In this document: one piece after another, positions 13,572-26,331 of the stretch | Position numbering within the stretch: position 1 is the stretch's first letter | How the letters are laid out: every line of letters begins with the position of its first letter | Source of the DNA: Podarcis filfolensis | Lineage: Eukaryota | Reading direction: 5' to 3' (one strand) | Assembly (NCBI GenBank): GCA_964270895.1 | Contig: OZ185437.1 | Length of the DNA stretch: 64,000 nucleotides | Made by a program: the position numbers and the translations under genes | Notes under the pieces: generated by a model | What the model was told of the DNA's origin: nothing | The model's input: only the letters and a program-made list of their open reading frames with translations | Databases searched by the model: none

Positions 13572-13817
13572 CAGTGGTACCTCTGGATGCGAACGGGATC
13601 CGTTCCGGAGCCCCGTTCACATCACGAGCGGAACGCAACCTGCGTCTGCGCGGGTCGCGATTTGCTGTGTCTGCGCATGCACGTGACGTCATTCTGAGCG
13701 TCTGAACATGCATGAGCGGCGAAACCCAGAAGTAACCCATTCCATTACCTCTGGGTTGCCGCAGGATGCAACCTGAAAAGATTTAACCCAAAGTGACTTT
13801 AACCTGAGGTAAGACTG
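13572..13817. mobile_element. Tc1/mariner-type MITE, second subfamily
   Basis: Termini CAGTGGTACCTC / GAGGTAAGACTG with TA flanks. Internal sequence differs from the 1560 family. Confidence 0.8.
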
Positions 13818-15182
13818 TATTCAATTTGGAGATGCATGCTTTTGCCTGAGCTATTTTATCCATGACAAAATGGAAGCTACTGGTACTTTAGATGTTCATT
13901 AAAACCAACAAACCTGTTGTAGTTGCTTATTTAATAACCCAACTGGGTAATAAAAACGTCACTAGGGAAATATCAAACACATCCCGTTCTGATCAAGACT
14001 TATCATTTTATAATACAATGAAATAGCGAAGGACATTTTTGCACAGGACAGGATGGAGAAAGAACAGAGCAGAAGAACAGTTGATTAAAATATCTGCATT
14101 TTAAATCATCATTTTTTGTGAAGTTACCTCAGCTTCAGTTTATATAATTGCCATTTCAGGTTGCTTCGAGAGCTTTTCAGAAGTTATTGGCACATGGAAA
14201 GGGCAAGTGAGAACATGGAGAGAACATGGAGGATGGATTGAGATGGCACAGCTCAGTAGTGGAACGCCTACTTCAAAAGCAACTCTCCCAGGTTCAGATC
14301 CCTGCTATCTGGGGGGGGGGGGGAGGAGTGAGTGGCGCTGAGAAGCACATGGTAAGACACTGCCAATCAGTGTAGACAATACTGAGCTAGATGATGTAAC
14401 AAGGGGCTGACTCAGTGCCGGTTGATTTCAGAGAAGAGACCAAGCCAGAATGGATGCTTAGCAGCTTCATTGCAAACAAGAAAAGCAGCATGACTCACTG
14501 CCTCATTTGGACACAGGGCCACCTATAGCGGGAACAGCAGTATAACAGTTAACTCTCCATTACACTCAGTTAAGGCTCCTTCCTATGAACCTATAACCAA
14601 CCAGTAAGGGATAAGGAACAAGGGCCCTGTCCAAAGCTATTAACATCTGGTCCAATGCTGGTTTCATCTCTCAGCTGTTAGAAGCATTGCCCAAGTGTGT
14701 CCAGGCACCGGTTTTCTCCAAAAGCCCAAGGGCACATGAAGAGCATCTCATCAAAGTTATTCTTTGGCTTTCCTAGCCACAAAATCCTGGGAGCAGCAGC
14801 CAGAAAGGGCCTGACCCTTTCATAGCCACTATGCATACCCAGCCAGGGATGCTTACCATTTACTGAGAGCAAAAGCAGCAAAAGTGAAGTGTTTATAAAG
14901 TCCTTGGTGGGCCACCATACAAGGCTGAGTTGAGGAGCTGCATTTGGTATTATGGAACACAAGTTGCGCAGGAATGCTCTTGTTACTACTGGGAATATAA
15001 GCGTATATAAAATGCACCTGCCAGAAAGAATCCGGCAGAAGAATTGCAGCTTTCTTTACAACAGGAAATAATTCAAAACTGAGGGAGGGGGCTTATTAAA
15101 GCAGGTAAAAACATTGTACAAGCTCGACAAAACCCCATTTAAACTACAAGCCAAATTGAAAACAAGCACATTCTTTCCTTAC

Positions 15183-15315
15183 CTATCAGGGTAAATGTTT
15201 TGCGAACACATACGGTGGGCATGTTTTGCTTTTCCCGCAAATAATCAGCAAATTGACCAGATAGAATGATACAAATCCAGCAGCCAAAATAAGGCAGTGC
15301 AGACAAAAATCCATT
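15183..15315 (-). CDS. SLC17A5: Sialin exon 8 ([44 protein letters not shown])
   Basis: Acceptor gtacag|, donor G|gtaagg, 133 nt. Confidence 0.96.
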
Positions 15316-16864
15316 CTGTACAGAAAAAGAAAACCAGATTTAGGATGGGATGGGAACACCTTTCTTGTGCACGTATTTATTTATTTTCAAGATGAATATC
15401 TAAGTACAGAATAATAATAAAAAATGTCTTCAGCAGTACAAATGGGGTTGGGGACAGCTATTTAAAGGCTGTTTTGTACTGTCTGAAACAGCTGTTTTGT
15501 TGTAGTGTTTAATGGATACTGTACTGTAAGATAACCAGTGAGCATAATTGACAAGTCACACATTTTATGATAAAGGAAACTGACTTCCTTTCTAAGGATA
15601 TGGCAAAGTGATAAATTCTTGCAAGCTACAGTGGAAACACATCCTGAGTTATGAGACACGAGTATCTGGTTTAACAATAGCAGCTTTCCACCTATTTTCA
15701 GAGAAACACCAGAGGTTAACGGCCAAGTTAAAGGAGAAGACATCTGCCTGATTTGAGGCTGGAGTGGCAGCTAGAACTGCTTGTCAGTCCACCTGTCTTG
15801 GCTTAGATTCTTTTTACAGTGAGCAGGAACTGCAACAGCCACGTTCAGGCAAGGTGGCTCATTGTGGAAAAAAGTCTGAGAAACCCTTCAGGTAAGCAAA
15901 AGGATAGAGCCAGTGTTATGCCTCCAGATGTCTGTAGACTCCAACTCCCATCAGCCCCAGCTAGTGTGGCCAATGGTCCAGGATGATGGGAGATGTCGTC
16001 CAATATTTGGAGGGGAACCAGGTTGGCTCTCTTTGTTATATATATCAAGACCAATTCTATTTCCACTGAGGTAAACTGCAAAGCACTGGTATCAGATGAA
16101 TCTGATTTAAAAGGAGATGCTTAAAGGGCTGGTTCACACTACAGGGATTTCTCCATTTAATTATGCACCTTGCAGACAAGGGCTAGCGTGCTTTAGGCAG
16201 TTCATGAAGAGTTAACAGCCAACTCTGTAACTGAAATTTCTGGAAAATATTACCATAAGGGTGTGATTACTGTTGAAGATCCACTGTAGGAATGCCCATG
16301 GCAATCAGAAGAACTGATGCTCCGCATAGCATCTGTGTCACTCACACACTCACTCACTCACTGAGGGGGCATGTTTATAAATCAGCAGACCCACCAAAGG
16401 GGATTCAGACTCTGACTTGGAGTGAAGCCCTCCCAGTCAGCAACTCTGCTCAAGGTTAAGGAACCCAGCTTGATGCTGCACCCAGCAGACTGGGCGACTT
16501 ATCCGAAGGTTCTCCCAAGAACAGCAGCAGAATGTTCCAGGAGGAAAAGGAACAAGGAGCCAGAGAAACAGCTTCAATTCCTTCCTCCTGGGAAAAAGAA
16601 CCCTCTGGTGCCCATTCGTTTGTCACAGGTGTTCATTCTCAGAGAGCCTGTTAAATGTGCAGCCAGCAGAACAAAAATTGCAATTGCTCTGAAGGAATTT
16701 ACATAGCAACCTTTAGAATTGAAGCACAAGGTAAAGGAGTTGGATAGGCTGCTCTTCACAGCTGCTTCAGCCTAATTTTAGCAAATGCTCTTGAATGAGC
16801 AGCACATTTTTAATTAAGCCGTTAACCTTAAAATGCAAAACAGGGAACAGCGATGGCACCGTAA

Positions 16865-16867
16865 TGT

Positions 16868-16924
<57 letters not shown>
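16865..16924. repeat. Compound microsatellite (TG)n(AG)n
   Basis: Read directly from the sequence. Confidence 0.95.
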
Positions 16925-16929
<5 letters not shown>

Positions 16930-17403
16930 AAAAAGGACAATTCTCTCTCCTCTGATAGTAAATTGATCTTTAGTTGCACGTTCAAATTTCATTATGCTCA
17001 CTAAAAAGTGGCTAGAGTTTTAAGAGCTGCACTTCCAGAAGTAATATTGCTGGTTAAATTAACAGAATTATTTATGGACTGCAGGGGGGTGGGGAAGTGT
17101 TGGATACCCAAAGCCTCCCCTTCTCTCACTAGAATGGATTTCCCAGGAAAAACACAAACACGTGGCCTTGTGTTCCTGTGACAGGTGACAAAGATGCCAT
17201 TTGATATTCTTGTTCCTAAAATCTCTCAGCACTGCCAGATACTCCACATACAGAGCTGACTTCAAGGCCGCATACTGAATACCAGTGTGTGGTATAAGCC
17301 ATGAACCAGCGATTTGGGATCGCATTCCGACTCAGCCAAGAGGCTAACAGAGAAAGCCTATGCATGTCTACTCAGAAGCAAGTCACATTAGACTCCATGG
17401 GAC

Positions 17404-17487
17404 TATTGTATTTTAATATTCTGTTGGAAGCCGCCCAGAGTGGCTGGGGAAACCCAGCTAGATGGGCGGGGTATAAATAAATTATTA

Positions 17488-17523
<36 letters not shown>
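17404..17523 (+). mobile_element. L2 LINE 3' terminal fragment with (TTA)n tail
   Basis: GCCCAGAGTGGCTGGGGAAACCCAGC..GATGGGCGGGGTATAAAT matches the 3' end of the L2 at 53200-53250. Confidence 0.8.
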
Positions 17524-17525
<2 letters not shown>

Positions 17526-17731
17526 TTGCATGCGAGTAGACCTATGTAGGGTTGTGCTGTAATTGAATGACTCTGTGCAGCCCTGACCTCACGGTCAGGA
17601 GGCTATTTCTGTAGCTTCGCCCCACTGGGTGCTTAGGTTCTGACTGTAATTCCTACTGAAAGCCAAGTTTACGATCTAGCCTAAGTCACTTCAGGGTAAG
17701 TTTTGTAACTGGATAACACAGGGTATCTTAC

Positions 17732-17890
17732 CTCCTGCACATCAAACCTCAGAATTTCCTTCATGTAAGTAGGCAATAGGGTAAGGAGTGTGTAGAAAGT
17801 CCAGTTATAAGAAAAGTGTGCTACGACGATAGCCCAGAGTGGAAGTGACGTCAGTATGGCTCCCCAAGGGATGGATTTCTGAGTAGAAAG
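17732..17890 (-). CDS. SLC17A5: Sialin exon 7 ([53 protein letters not shown])
   Basis: Acceptor ctttag|, donor GAG|gtaaga, 159 nt. Confidence 0.97.
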
Positions 17891-18543
17891 CTAAAGAGAA
17901 GGAATTAAATTCACATAGATGTTCTTTAAAAAAATATTGAATCACACTTCTTAAAACTTCAAAGAGGATTTTTTCTAAAGAGCTTGTTCCTGCCAGTCTG
18001 CACTCTTAAGCATAATGGTAGATCCCTTAATGCAGACGCTCAAGGAGATCAGGAACAAGCTATGGGATTCATGTTCCTCCTTCAGTCCCTTACCTACTGC
18101 ATGCAGGTATACCCACACTTAACCACGGTTGGTGCACAGCATGGGTGAACTTCTGTTTAACATTAGGAGGACAAAACATTTGTCTGAGTGGTGACTTTTC
18201 AGGGATTCTGCTGCTGGGCATTCTTGTTCCCTTTCTCACCCAAATGTTCTTTTTAGCTGGCTTTTTCGTCTGCTGGAACCACCTCTTTTATACAGTTCTG
18301 TTCCATCTGTTTTATGCATTTATAATTGCAACGGTTCTAATTATAATTGCATGTTTTATTGATGTATCCCGCCTTGGGACCTTACGGCGAAGGACGGATA
18401 ATAAATCTTATAAAACAACAAAATGTTACTGAGCTTTAAAAGCATTTTTCAAGGACCTCTTTGTCCTTTAAATACAATAGTGGATGTATATCACCCCAGT
18501 ACGTCAACAGAAATGAGCAAAGGCTTGATCAAAAAGTACACAC

Positions 18544-18662
18544 CTGATCTGTAAGGGAGGAGAGGATGTATTCCTTTTCTGCATGAGAAATTCTCTTGTG
18601 TGTTTCTGGTGTGTCACTAACTATCAACATCCAGAAGATGAACCACAGCACACCTAGGGCAC
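18544..18662 (-). CDS. SLC17A5: Sialin exon 6 ([39 protein letters not shown])
   Basis: Acceptor tttaag|, donor CAG|gtgtgt, 119 nt. Confidence 0.95.
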
Positions 18663-19053
18663 CTTAAAGTGAAAACAACAACGCTTATGGTCAAGGAAAT
18701 GGCAGCCATGAGACTTTAAATTTGCAAGCACTGCTACAACCCACCAGGGTGGTGCTGTGTTGCTCTCGCTTGGCTTCCCAATACCTCACATTACTGCCCC
18801 TTACCAGTAGGGAGAAGGGCAGGGGGCAAGACAGTGGGCAGCTCAGCACACTGTGGGCACGGCGGCAAAGCCAGCCTGAGACTCCTTTACCCCCTCTCTC
18901 CTCTCGGCAAGTTATAGTGATGTTTGGTGCTGGGAAACTTGGGAGAACAGGACTGCCCCACCCACAGTGCCTTGCCAGCTGCTATTGCAGAGCATCTGAA
19001 GATCACCATGAAATGTCTCCCAAGCCAGAGCTACCTGTGGATCCCACAGGTAT

Positions 19054-19752
19054 GTAGTAACCAGCCAACCCCACCCTCAAAGGTAAATGAAAGAGATCGT
19101 TCCAACATAACAAATGTGTGGGTGCATATCCAGAGGATCACTTAAATGTGAAGGGGTTGCGGTGCTGATCTCGCTTTACTGTCCGAGGGAGCCGGCCTAC
19201 AGCTTCCGAGTCATGTGGCCAGCATTACTAAGCAAAGCAGAGCAGTGCACGGAAATGCCATTTACCTTCCCGCTGGAGTGGTACCTATTTATCTACTTGC
19301 ACTTTGACGTGCTTTCGAACTGCTAGGCTGGCAGGAGCAGGGACCGAGCAACGGGAGCTCACCCCGTTGCGGGGATTCGAACCGCCGACCTTCTGATCGG
19401 CAAGTCCTAGGCTCTGTGGTTTAACCCACAGCGCCACCCGCGCTAAGGATACATCAAATGCATAAAAACATGCCCGTGTGGTGGGGGGCCATGGCATGAC
19501 CCTCGGTGACATCAGGAAGAGAGCCTATAGTTGGATTAGCATCAACAGGCTTCCCCTACTGGTGGTTAACCCCTCCTCAGACTCACCCCTCTACGAGTGG
19601 GTGGAGTCTAATGTTCCGTGGTCCAATGCCTAAGCCAATACCTTCTCACATGCTGTAATCAATAAAGTTGTGGCCTTTACCTTACCCATTAACCTTACAT
19701 TCTGTGTCCACGTGTCTTTATTCCCCAAGCGGGGATCGGGTCCTTGAATCAC
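19054..19752. mobile_element. Candidate solo LTR with a nested SINE
   Basis: TGT start and CA end, LTR-like 3' part with CAATAAAGTTGTGGCC. No convincing TSD. Confidence 0.35.
19151..19442 (-). mobile_element. Sauria SINE, 3' end deleted
   Basis: Reverse-complement match to the 2816 copy. The tail is missing. Confidence 0.9.
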
Positions 19753-19799
19753 AATCAGGCACAAAGTGTTGTAGAAATACACACGAAAAGCTTTACAAT

Positions 19800-20103
19800 G
19801 ACACAGGACTGAAAAACAATCTTCCAGCTGTTTTGTTGTTTTTTTTAATTGTCCTTAGGATTTGGGGTATCTTACTTGTACCTATGACAAATTGGAGTAC
19901 CACTGGATTCTCCTGAACCATATTTAAAAGTTATATATGATTATTAAAAAGATGGAGGGGAGGCGGAAGAGAGAGAAAAGAGAGTAACCTAATTCACACC
20001 TTAATACTGGTGATTAGTTGTATGAGGAGGGGGGGGGTTGAGAAAGTTTGCTCATTGCTATTTTGTTTTGTATATTTGAAAATGAATAATTAAAAAAAAA
20101 AAA
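19800..20103 (+). mobile_element. Probable L1-type 3' end with poly(A) tail
   Basis: Purine-rich, G-run, T-rich and A-tail organisation ending GAATAATTAAAAAAAAAAAA. Confidence 0.35.
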
Positions 20104-20149
20104 TACAATCTTTACTCAACTGAATGGCATTTACAGTGAAAACACTTAC

Positions 20150-20236
20150 CAAATATGTAGAACACATAAATCCAATTCATATAAAAACAGATCAAGCCAG
20201 ACAATGGAAGAGACACAACAGTTCCTAGCTGTGCAC
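20150..20236 (-). CDS. SLC17A5: Sialin exon 5 ([28 protein letters not shown])
   Basis: Acceptor ttctag|, donor G|gtaagt, 87 nt. Confidence 0.96.
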
Positions 20237-20317
20237 CTAGAAATTAAAGTTTTATTTTAAAATAATAATCACTTTATTATTTTTACCCCGCCCATCTGGC
20301 TGGGTTGTCCCAGCCAG

Positions 20318-20319
20318 CC

Positions 20320-20358
<39 letters not shown>

Positions 20359-20359
20359 A

Positions 20360-20404
<45 letters not shown>
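20318..20404. repeat. Compound tetranucleotide microsatellite (CTGT)n(CTAT)n
   Basis: Read directly. It abuts a minus-strand L2 3' fragment (~20270-20318). Confidence 0.95.
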
Positions 20405-20662
20405 CCCCTAGCAGAACATAGACTGCTCAAGGATTAAAATTACTAGGCTTTGAATACACCTAGGTTACGGATAAACATGGTTTAGTGGCAAGGCATGCAC
20501 AGCAATGAACCATGCTTAATGGGTAGCTGCAGGAGTATGGGGGTGGGAGCAGAAATGGAATGCATAATCCTGTGGCCTGTTCCCAACCGTTATACCACAG
20601 TTAAAAGAGATTAGTGCTGCATCTTCATTGGCTAGACTTGAGCATTTTTAAAAGCATCTCAC

Positions 20663-20750
20663 CTGCATATGAAATACTAAGAAGTTTACTGCGTTCCAGT
20701 GGAGGAGCCCAACAGGACCACATGGCATGCATGGCAGGAAATGTGACACC
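20663..20750 (-). CDS. SLC17A5: Sialin exon 4 ([29 protein letters not shown])
   Basis: Acceptor ttccag|, donor G|gtgaga, 88 nt. Confidence 0.96.
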
Positions 20751-22348
20751 CTGGAAAACACATTTGTTTATAGTACAACATATCTTTCAAGAGTAAAATG
20801 ATTTGGCCAAGACTCACTTCAATAAAACATCTCCAACGTAGCCTGGAGAAAGTACCAGTTGCATTAGTACAAAGCTATTTTCTGAACAAAACGCACATAG
20901 CTCCTGGGCAATTAAGCAGAACTAATTCCTTGCCTGCTTCAATTCTTCAGCTGAATATGCTTTGTGGACATAACAATTATGCTGAACTTTTGGTTTCTGC
21001 ATAGAAACAGCAGCACAAATATTTTGAAGTGGTGGTTTTCCCTCAGTTTGTATTATAAAATGCCAACATGCAAAGGAGGCCGGACAGCATGGCAGGGAAG
21101 AGTCCTCATTCTGCGGACAGACCAGGTTAAAAAAAACAACCAGATTCCCCTAAATTAAACCAGAAATCTAATAAAAACTATGTGAACTTTGAATAAAAAT
21201 GTTCATAAACAATTAAGTTTCAAAGAGGTCACAAGCATATTAAAGCATCATATTAAACCCAGGGAGCTAAGGGAAGGGCTGGATTTATGTTGCAATTCTG
21301 CAAGAGCACAGAATGTGGCAATGGGTGGAGAATTCAGCTTCCTGAAAATATTCTTTTCCGCATTTCCTCCCTTTTAACGAAGCTGTCCTATGAAGTTCTT
21401 TGCCTCTCACAAAGAAATAAAAACAACAAAAATCGCAGAGTAAATTATGTATAGTCAGAGAAATTAGGGAAAACTGCTCAACTTGCATAATTTATACAGT
21501 TGCAGGATTCAGGCTTTTGGTGCAAAATTTGGAATGCCCACACAAAGATTTTATTTTTTAACCCAGCCTATACACAACTGTTTAAGGGAGCATGCATAAG
21601 ACATTTTACATAACAAAATTTCAGTTATGTGCCAGGTCCACCCACCCTGGCACAACTTCCTACTTCCTTCCCCTCTATTCAAGCTCTGCAGATGCCATTT
21701 GATCAGTTGCACAGCCACAGAGGAACGGCATATCTTTCATATCAGCTCCTCACGTAGCCCTTAATATACCATTTCTCATTAACGTGGTGCTCTATGATCT
21801 TAACAATATGCTCGTCCTCACAATGAAGTCATAGAAGACATGCTCATTTTAAGGTGGGTGTAAGGAAAACTGGGAATGAGGAAGGAACCCTCAATTCTCA
21901 GATTCATGCCCATCTGTCTATCTGCTGGAAAAAAATATAAGAGCACGCAAGAGGCCAGTGGAACTATAACTGAAGCGGCAGCAATGGAAAACTCAAGTAA
22001 GAAAAGTGCTATTAAGAACACGAGCAGAGCCCAGCTAGATCAGACGAAGGTCCCATCTAGTCCAGCACCCTATTTGCAAAGTGCCCAACCAGATCCCTAT
22101 GGAGTGGTTGATCCCAACTTGGTGACTTCCAGGTGTTTTGGACTCCATTCACATCTGGGCACTGCCTGGCTAGAGCTGGGATTGACTGGAGTTGGAGACA
22201 TGCAGCATCTGGAAGATACCAAGCTGGAAAAGACTGACCTAATGTAATTTATCAACATTACAGGGGATTGTTAATGTACTTACAAAGTAATTGTTTTGAA
22301 ACTCTTAACAACAACAACAATTAAAGGGGGCGGAGAAGGAGAGATTAC

Positions 22349-22582
22349 CTCACCCAGGCCTTCCAAAGCTCTGACAGCTATGAGGTACCCGACTCCCATA
22401 TCTGCTGCCAAAGGTGTGAACAAGGTGAAAATGGCAGTGCCCAGGATGCCAAACCCCAACAGCTTCTTTCCGCCAAACTGGCGGGCAAGATATCCACCAG
22501 GAACCTGCGTAATGATGTAGCCATAGAAGAAGGAACCAAGGATCCAGCCTTGAGTATTTGCATCCCATGGATACTTTTTCCC
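22349..22582 (-). CDS. SLC17A5: Sialin exon 3 ([22 protein letters not shown]...ALEGLGE)
   Basis: Acceptor tttcag|, donor GAG|gtaatc, 234 nt. Visible inside ORF 22280..22609. Confidence 0.97.
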
Positions 22583-23574
22583 CTGAAAGGGAGGGAGAGA
22601 AAAAGACATGAAGGTCTGGTTTCCACCCCGCCACTTGCATCACAGGAAGATACAACAAAGGACTGCATGCTCCCCATCCAGCAACACTGCACACCTATCA
22701 GTGACATACATTGCTAACTGCAGAGTGGCTTACAAACTATATTTTCCACATGCCCGTCATGGACATGGGGAACTACGTGCTCATTTTTCATGGGACGCAT
22801 GGAAAGAACTCCCTATGTACATCCAAAGAGTGACCACATTGTTGGGGTTTTTTTAGATCAATGACATTAAAATATACATAGCTGGTTAATATCCTGCTAA
22901 TTGTTTTCATTCTGTCAACCAGGCTCCTAAAGCAAGCAAAGCCCAGTCACAGTGTCATAAAAAATAATCACATATCAACTGATTTCAAAGCCTTCTCCTC
23001 TTCTTTTCTTTATTTAATGTATGAACCACCACACTTGACAGACTTACAAACTTTAAACAACTATAGGCTGTACAATAAGTTTTTTTAAAAAAAACACCAC
23101 CCAAATTTACCTCATTTACATTATTGTGGTAGAGTCCAGGTTGGCCTGTACTATGTACAACATTGGAAGCTGCCCTATGACAAGTCAAACCATTGGTCTA
23201 TCTAGGTCATTATCGTCTATATTGGCTGACAGCAGTTCTCTAGGGTTGTCAGGGCATTATCCTAGGTTCCAGGGTGTTATCTTTTTATTTTCAGAACAGT
23301 AGCATCCATCACATCACACAGGAAGGGAGTGATTCTGTTGTGTATGTGTGATTCTGGAGGCAGAATGGAGGCAGCAAAAATCTATAAAGGGATTTGATGA
23401 GGACTGAATGTTACTTGCCTTAAACAAACACACTCCTACAAGAATTACTGTAAGGTAGGGTAGCCGTATTTTGAAAAGTGAAATTCTGGACACAAAAGTT
23501 GAGCCTTGGGGGGGGGGGCAAAGATGTTTTTAACCTATTTTCAAGAAAATTCACCAAAACCTATACTTCTGACA

Positions 23575-23692
23575 AGGGTTGCCACATGTCTGGATTTTCC
23601 TGGACATTATAGTGATTTCCACCCAGACGCACACCGATTCCAGTGGCCAAATCCCAGCAATTTCCAGGAAATTCCAGATGTATAGCAACCCT
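23575..23692. mobile_element. Short MITE with AGGGTTGCCA-type TIRs
   Basis: AGGGTTGCCACATGTCTGGA / TCCAGATGTATAGCAACCCT, imperfect inverted termini. Confidence 0.6.
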
Positions 23693-24303
23693 ATGTAAGG
23701 AGTCAGAGCTCAGATTGATTGATGCAGATAAAATAGTGGCATCATCTGAGCAGAATCTCTGTGATAGGAAGAACTTCAAAGGCTGTTTGAAGGCACAGAT
23801 CATGCAAAAGAATGCTGAGAGATAAGATATAGTCCTCTGATCATAACTGCTTTTAAAGATCTATTGGATAATTTCACAAGGGGTGCTGATTTAATGTTCT
23901 GCACAATCCTTTGTACGTTTATTCAGAACGTAGGAGTATGATTTCAATGGGTCTTACCAAATGAGGCTTAGTCCAAGGTAAGGCTGAAATCCTATACCTA
24001 CCTAACTGGGAGTAAAACCTATTAAAAATCACCTGGATTTACTTCTAAGTAAATGCCTCAGATTACACTGCAAGAGTATTTAGGTTGTGCCCACTGTTAC
24101 GTCATACTCTTTGAAATTAGTAGAGTGGGCTCATTGTGGACACCGTCCATTTGGTTTACTCTTAAGTAGAACTTAGTTGGATACAACCCTTTATTCACCC
24201 CCATCAATACTGGCATTCCGCCAGCTCTTGAAGAGATAATAATTTAAAACACATACCCTTTAAGACAGTTCACATTCTCAAAAGTAGATCTGGTAAAACT
24301 TAC

Positions 24304-24500
24304 CGTAGTGTTACGAGGAACAACTGGGGTAGAAGAATGTTCTTTGCACACATTTGAAGAAGTATTTTTGGTCAAGCTTGCATTTGATTCTACCATGTCC
24401 ACCAGGGCAACACTTAAATTGACACGAAGTGCATATAAGAGAAAGAATCCCAAGAAGGCCCAGACCGCTAAGCTGAGGCGAGCAGAGCAGCATATTGGCG
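24304..24500 (-). CDS. SLC17A5: Sialin exon 2 ([36 protein letters not shown]...RNTT)
   Basis: Acceptor ttttag|CG, donor ACG|gtaagt, 197 nt. Carries the conserved CCSAR and [10 protein letters not shown] motifs. Confidence 0.97.
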
Positions 24501-25565
24501 CTAAAAGAAAAAGTGATGCGCATTAAAAAGCGTTAATGTAAAAAAAAAAACCCACAACTCTGGCTAGCAACTATCTTTAACTGAAACAAAGGCAGAAGGG
24601 CCAGAAGTCTTGGCTTTTCCCCCAGACTCATTCTCATATAAGCCAAAATGCAGACAATGGACTAATTGGGGGACACACCACCAAAACCATCCAGCGTGGA
24701 CTGAGAATATTCAGTAGCCACAAAATGTTGAGTTGTCAGGTCACACCCACACTATACATTTACAGTATGTTGTTTTATGCCACTGTAACAATTATGGTTT
24801 GGCCCAAAGAATTCTGGGAACTCTAATTTGTTAAAGGTGCTGGGAATTGTTACGAGACTCCTATCCCCTCTCACAGAACTACAATTCTCAAGAGTTCACT
24901 GAGAAGCAGGATTGATCCATTGACTCCATGGTGTGGATGTGCTCTCTTGAAACTGTAGCCCAGGGATGGGAAAACATTTTGGCCGGGGTGGACGGCAGCT
25001 TGGTCAGCGCATTTCCCCCAGGTAAGTGTTGGTGAAGCAGCACCAAGCAAGATCAGACACTGCTCACCAGTTGATGGGCCAATCTGCTCTATGCAGGGGT
25101 CTGCTTCACCAGTGTGTTCTCTGCAGGGGATGTGCTGATGAAGCAGCCCCCAGCAAATTTGAACACCACCCATCAGGAGATGTCACCCACTGACAGGGAA
25201 ATGGCCTTGTGGACCAAGGCTGGCCTGCACGTCACGAGGGTCTCCACCCATTTTAGACTTTAACTCCCATCAACCCCCCAAAACTGGAGGGCACAAATTT
25301 GGTAAAGGCTGATTTACAGTAATCATGGCTTATCTATTAATTCACAAGCAGGAGAGTATATGTTTATGTATTGTTCAATTATTTCAGTTAGAATAAACAT
25401 GAACTTTAACCGTTTGCTAAAGGGATGTAATCTTTCATAAGATCACAGGGTTGATTTATTTATGTAGCCTTATTAGGCACTTCAAGCCTTTACCAAGAAA
25501 CTCTAAGCTATTGGACACATCTGGTATGACAAAATGCGCCTGAGAAACAGAAGACGATATCCGTT

Positions 25566-25645
25566 TAAGTCATACTCAGAGTAGACCCACTGAAATCAAT
25601 GACCTTAAATTACTAAAGTTATGGGTCTACTCTGAGTATGACTTA
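25566..25645. repeat. Perfect 24-bp inverted repeat (hairpin element)
   Basis: TAAGTCATACTCAGAGTAGACCCA (25566-25589) and its exact reverse complement (25622-25645), 32-nt loop. Confidence 0.9.
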
Positions 25646-26331
25646 GTGGTGCATTACCCACAATAGTTTCTTAGCTCTGCTAAGGAATCTCAAATGACCA
25701 ACCCCCAAAAGCTTGCAGGTATGGCCTGAAGGCGTTTCATAAGAAATTATGCTATATTTTTTGATAAATTGTGGTGAGCAAACCATATACGGAGCAGGAC
25801 TGACTACCAGTGCCCCATTCTCAGCTGTTGTTAGATTCCAACTCCCATTAGTCCCAGCCAACATGGCCAACAACATCTAAAGGGCCACAGTTTCCATATC
25901 ATAGTACAAAGGAATAAAAATAGTGGGGTAAAACGCTCAAGCAAATGACAAGAGAAGTGCGCTCAATACATGCTCACTCATGGATACAACATACATACAA
26001 ACAAAGCAAAGTGTGCATTCTGGCAGCTACTCAAGAGTGCCCACTCCCCCAAATCCAACCCTAAAGGGGAAACAAAACTCACACCCCAGTATTATGTCCA
26101 CATGTCTTAGCATATACTTTTCTGTCATGAAATACAAATAAACCACAACATGTTCACCAAAATCTCACTTTAAATATACAAAAAATATTACTCATATTTG
26201 CTTCGCTGCATGATTATTATACTATGGAAAAGATTGTGTGATTCTCTCCCCCCCCCCAAACATCTTTTTTAAAAAATATAACACGCCACAACACAACTTC
26301 AGATCCACAAGGCACAATATTAAATTCTTAC

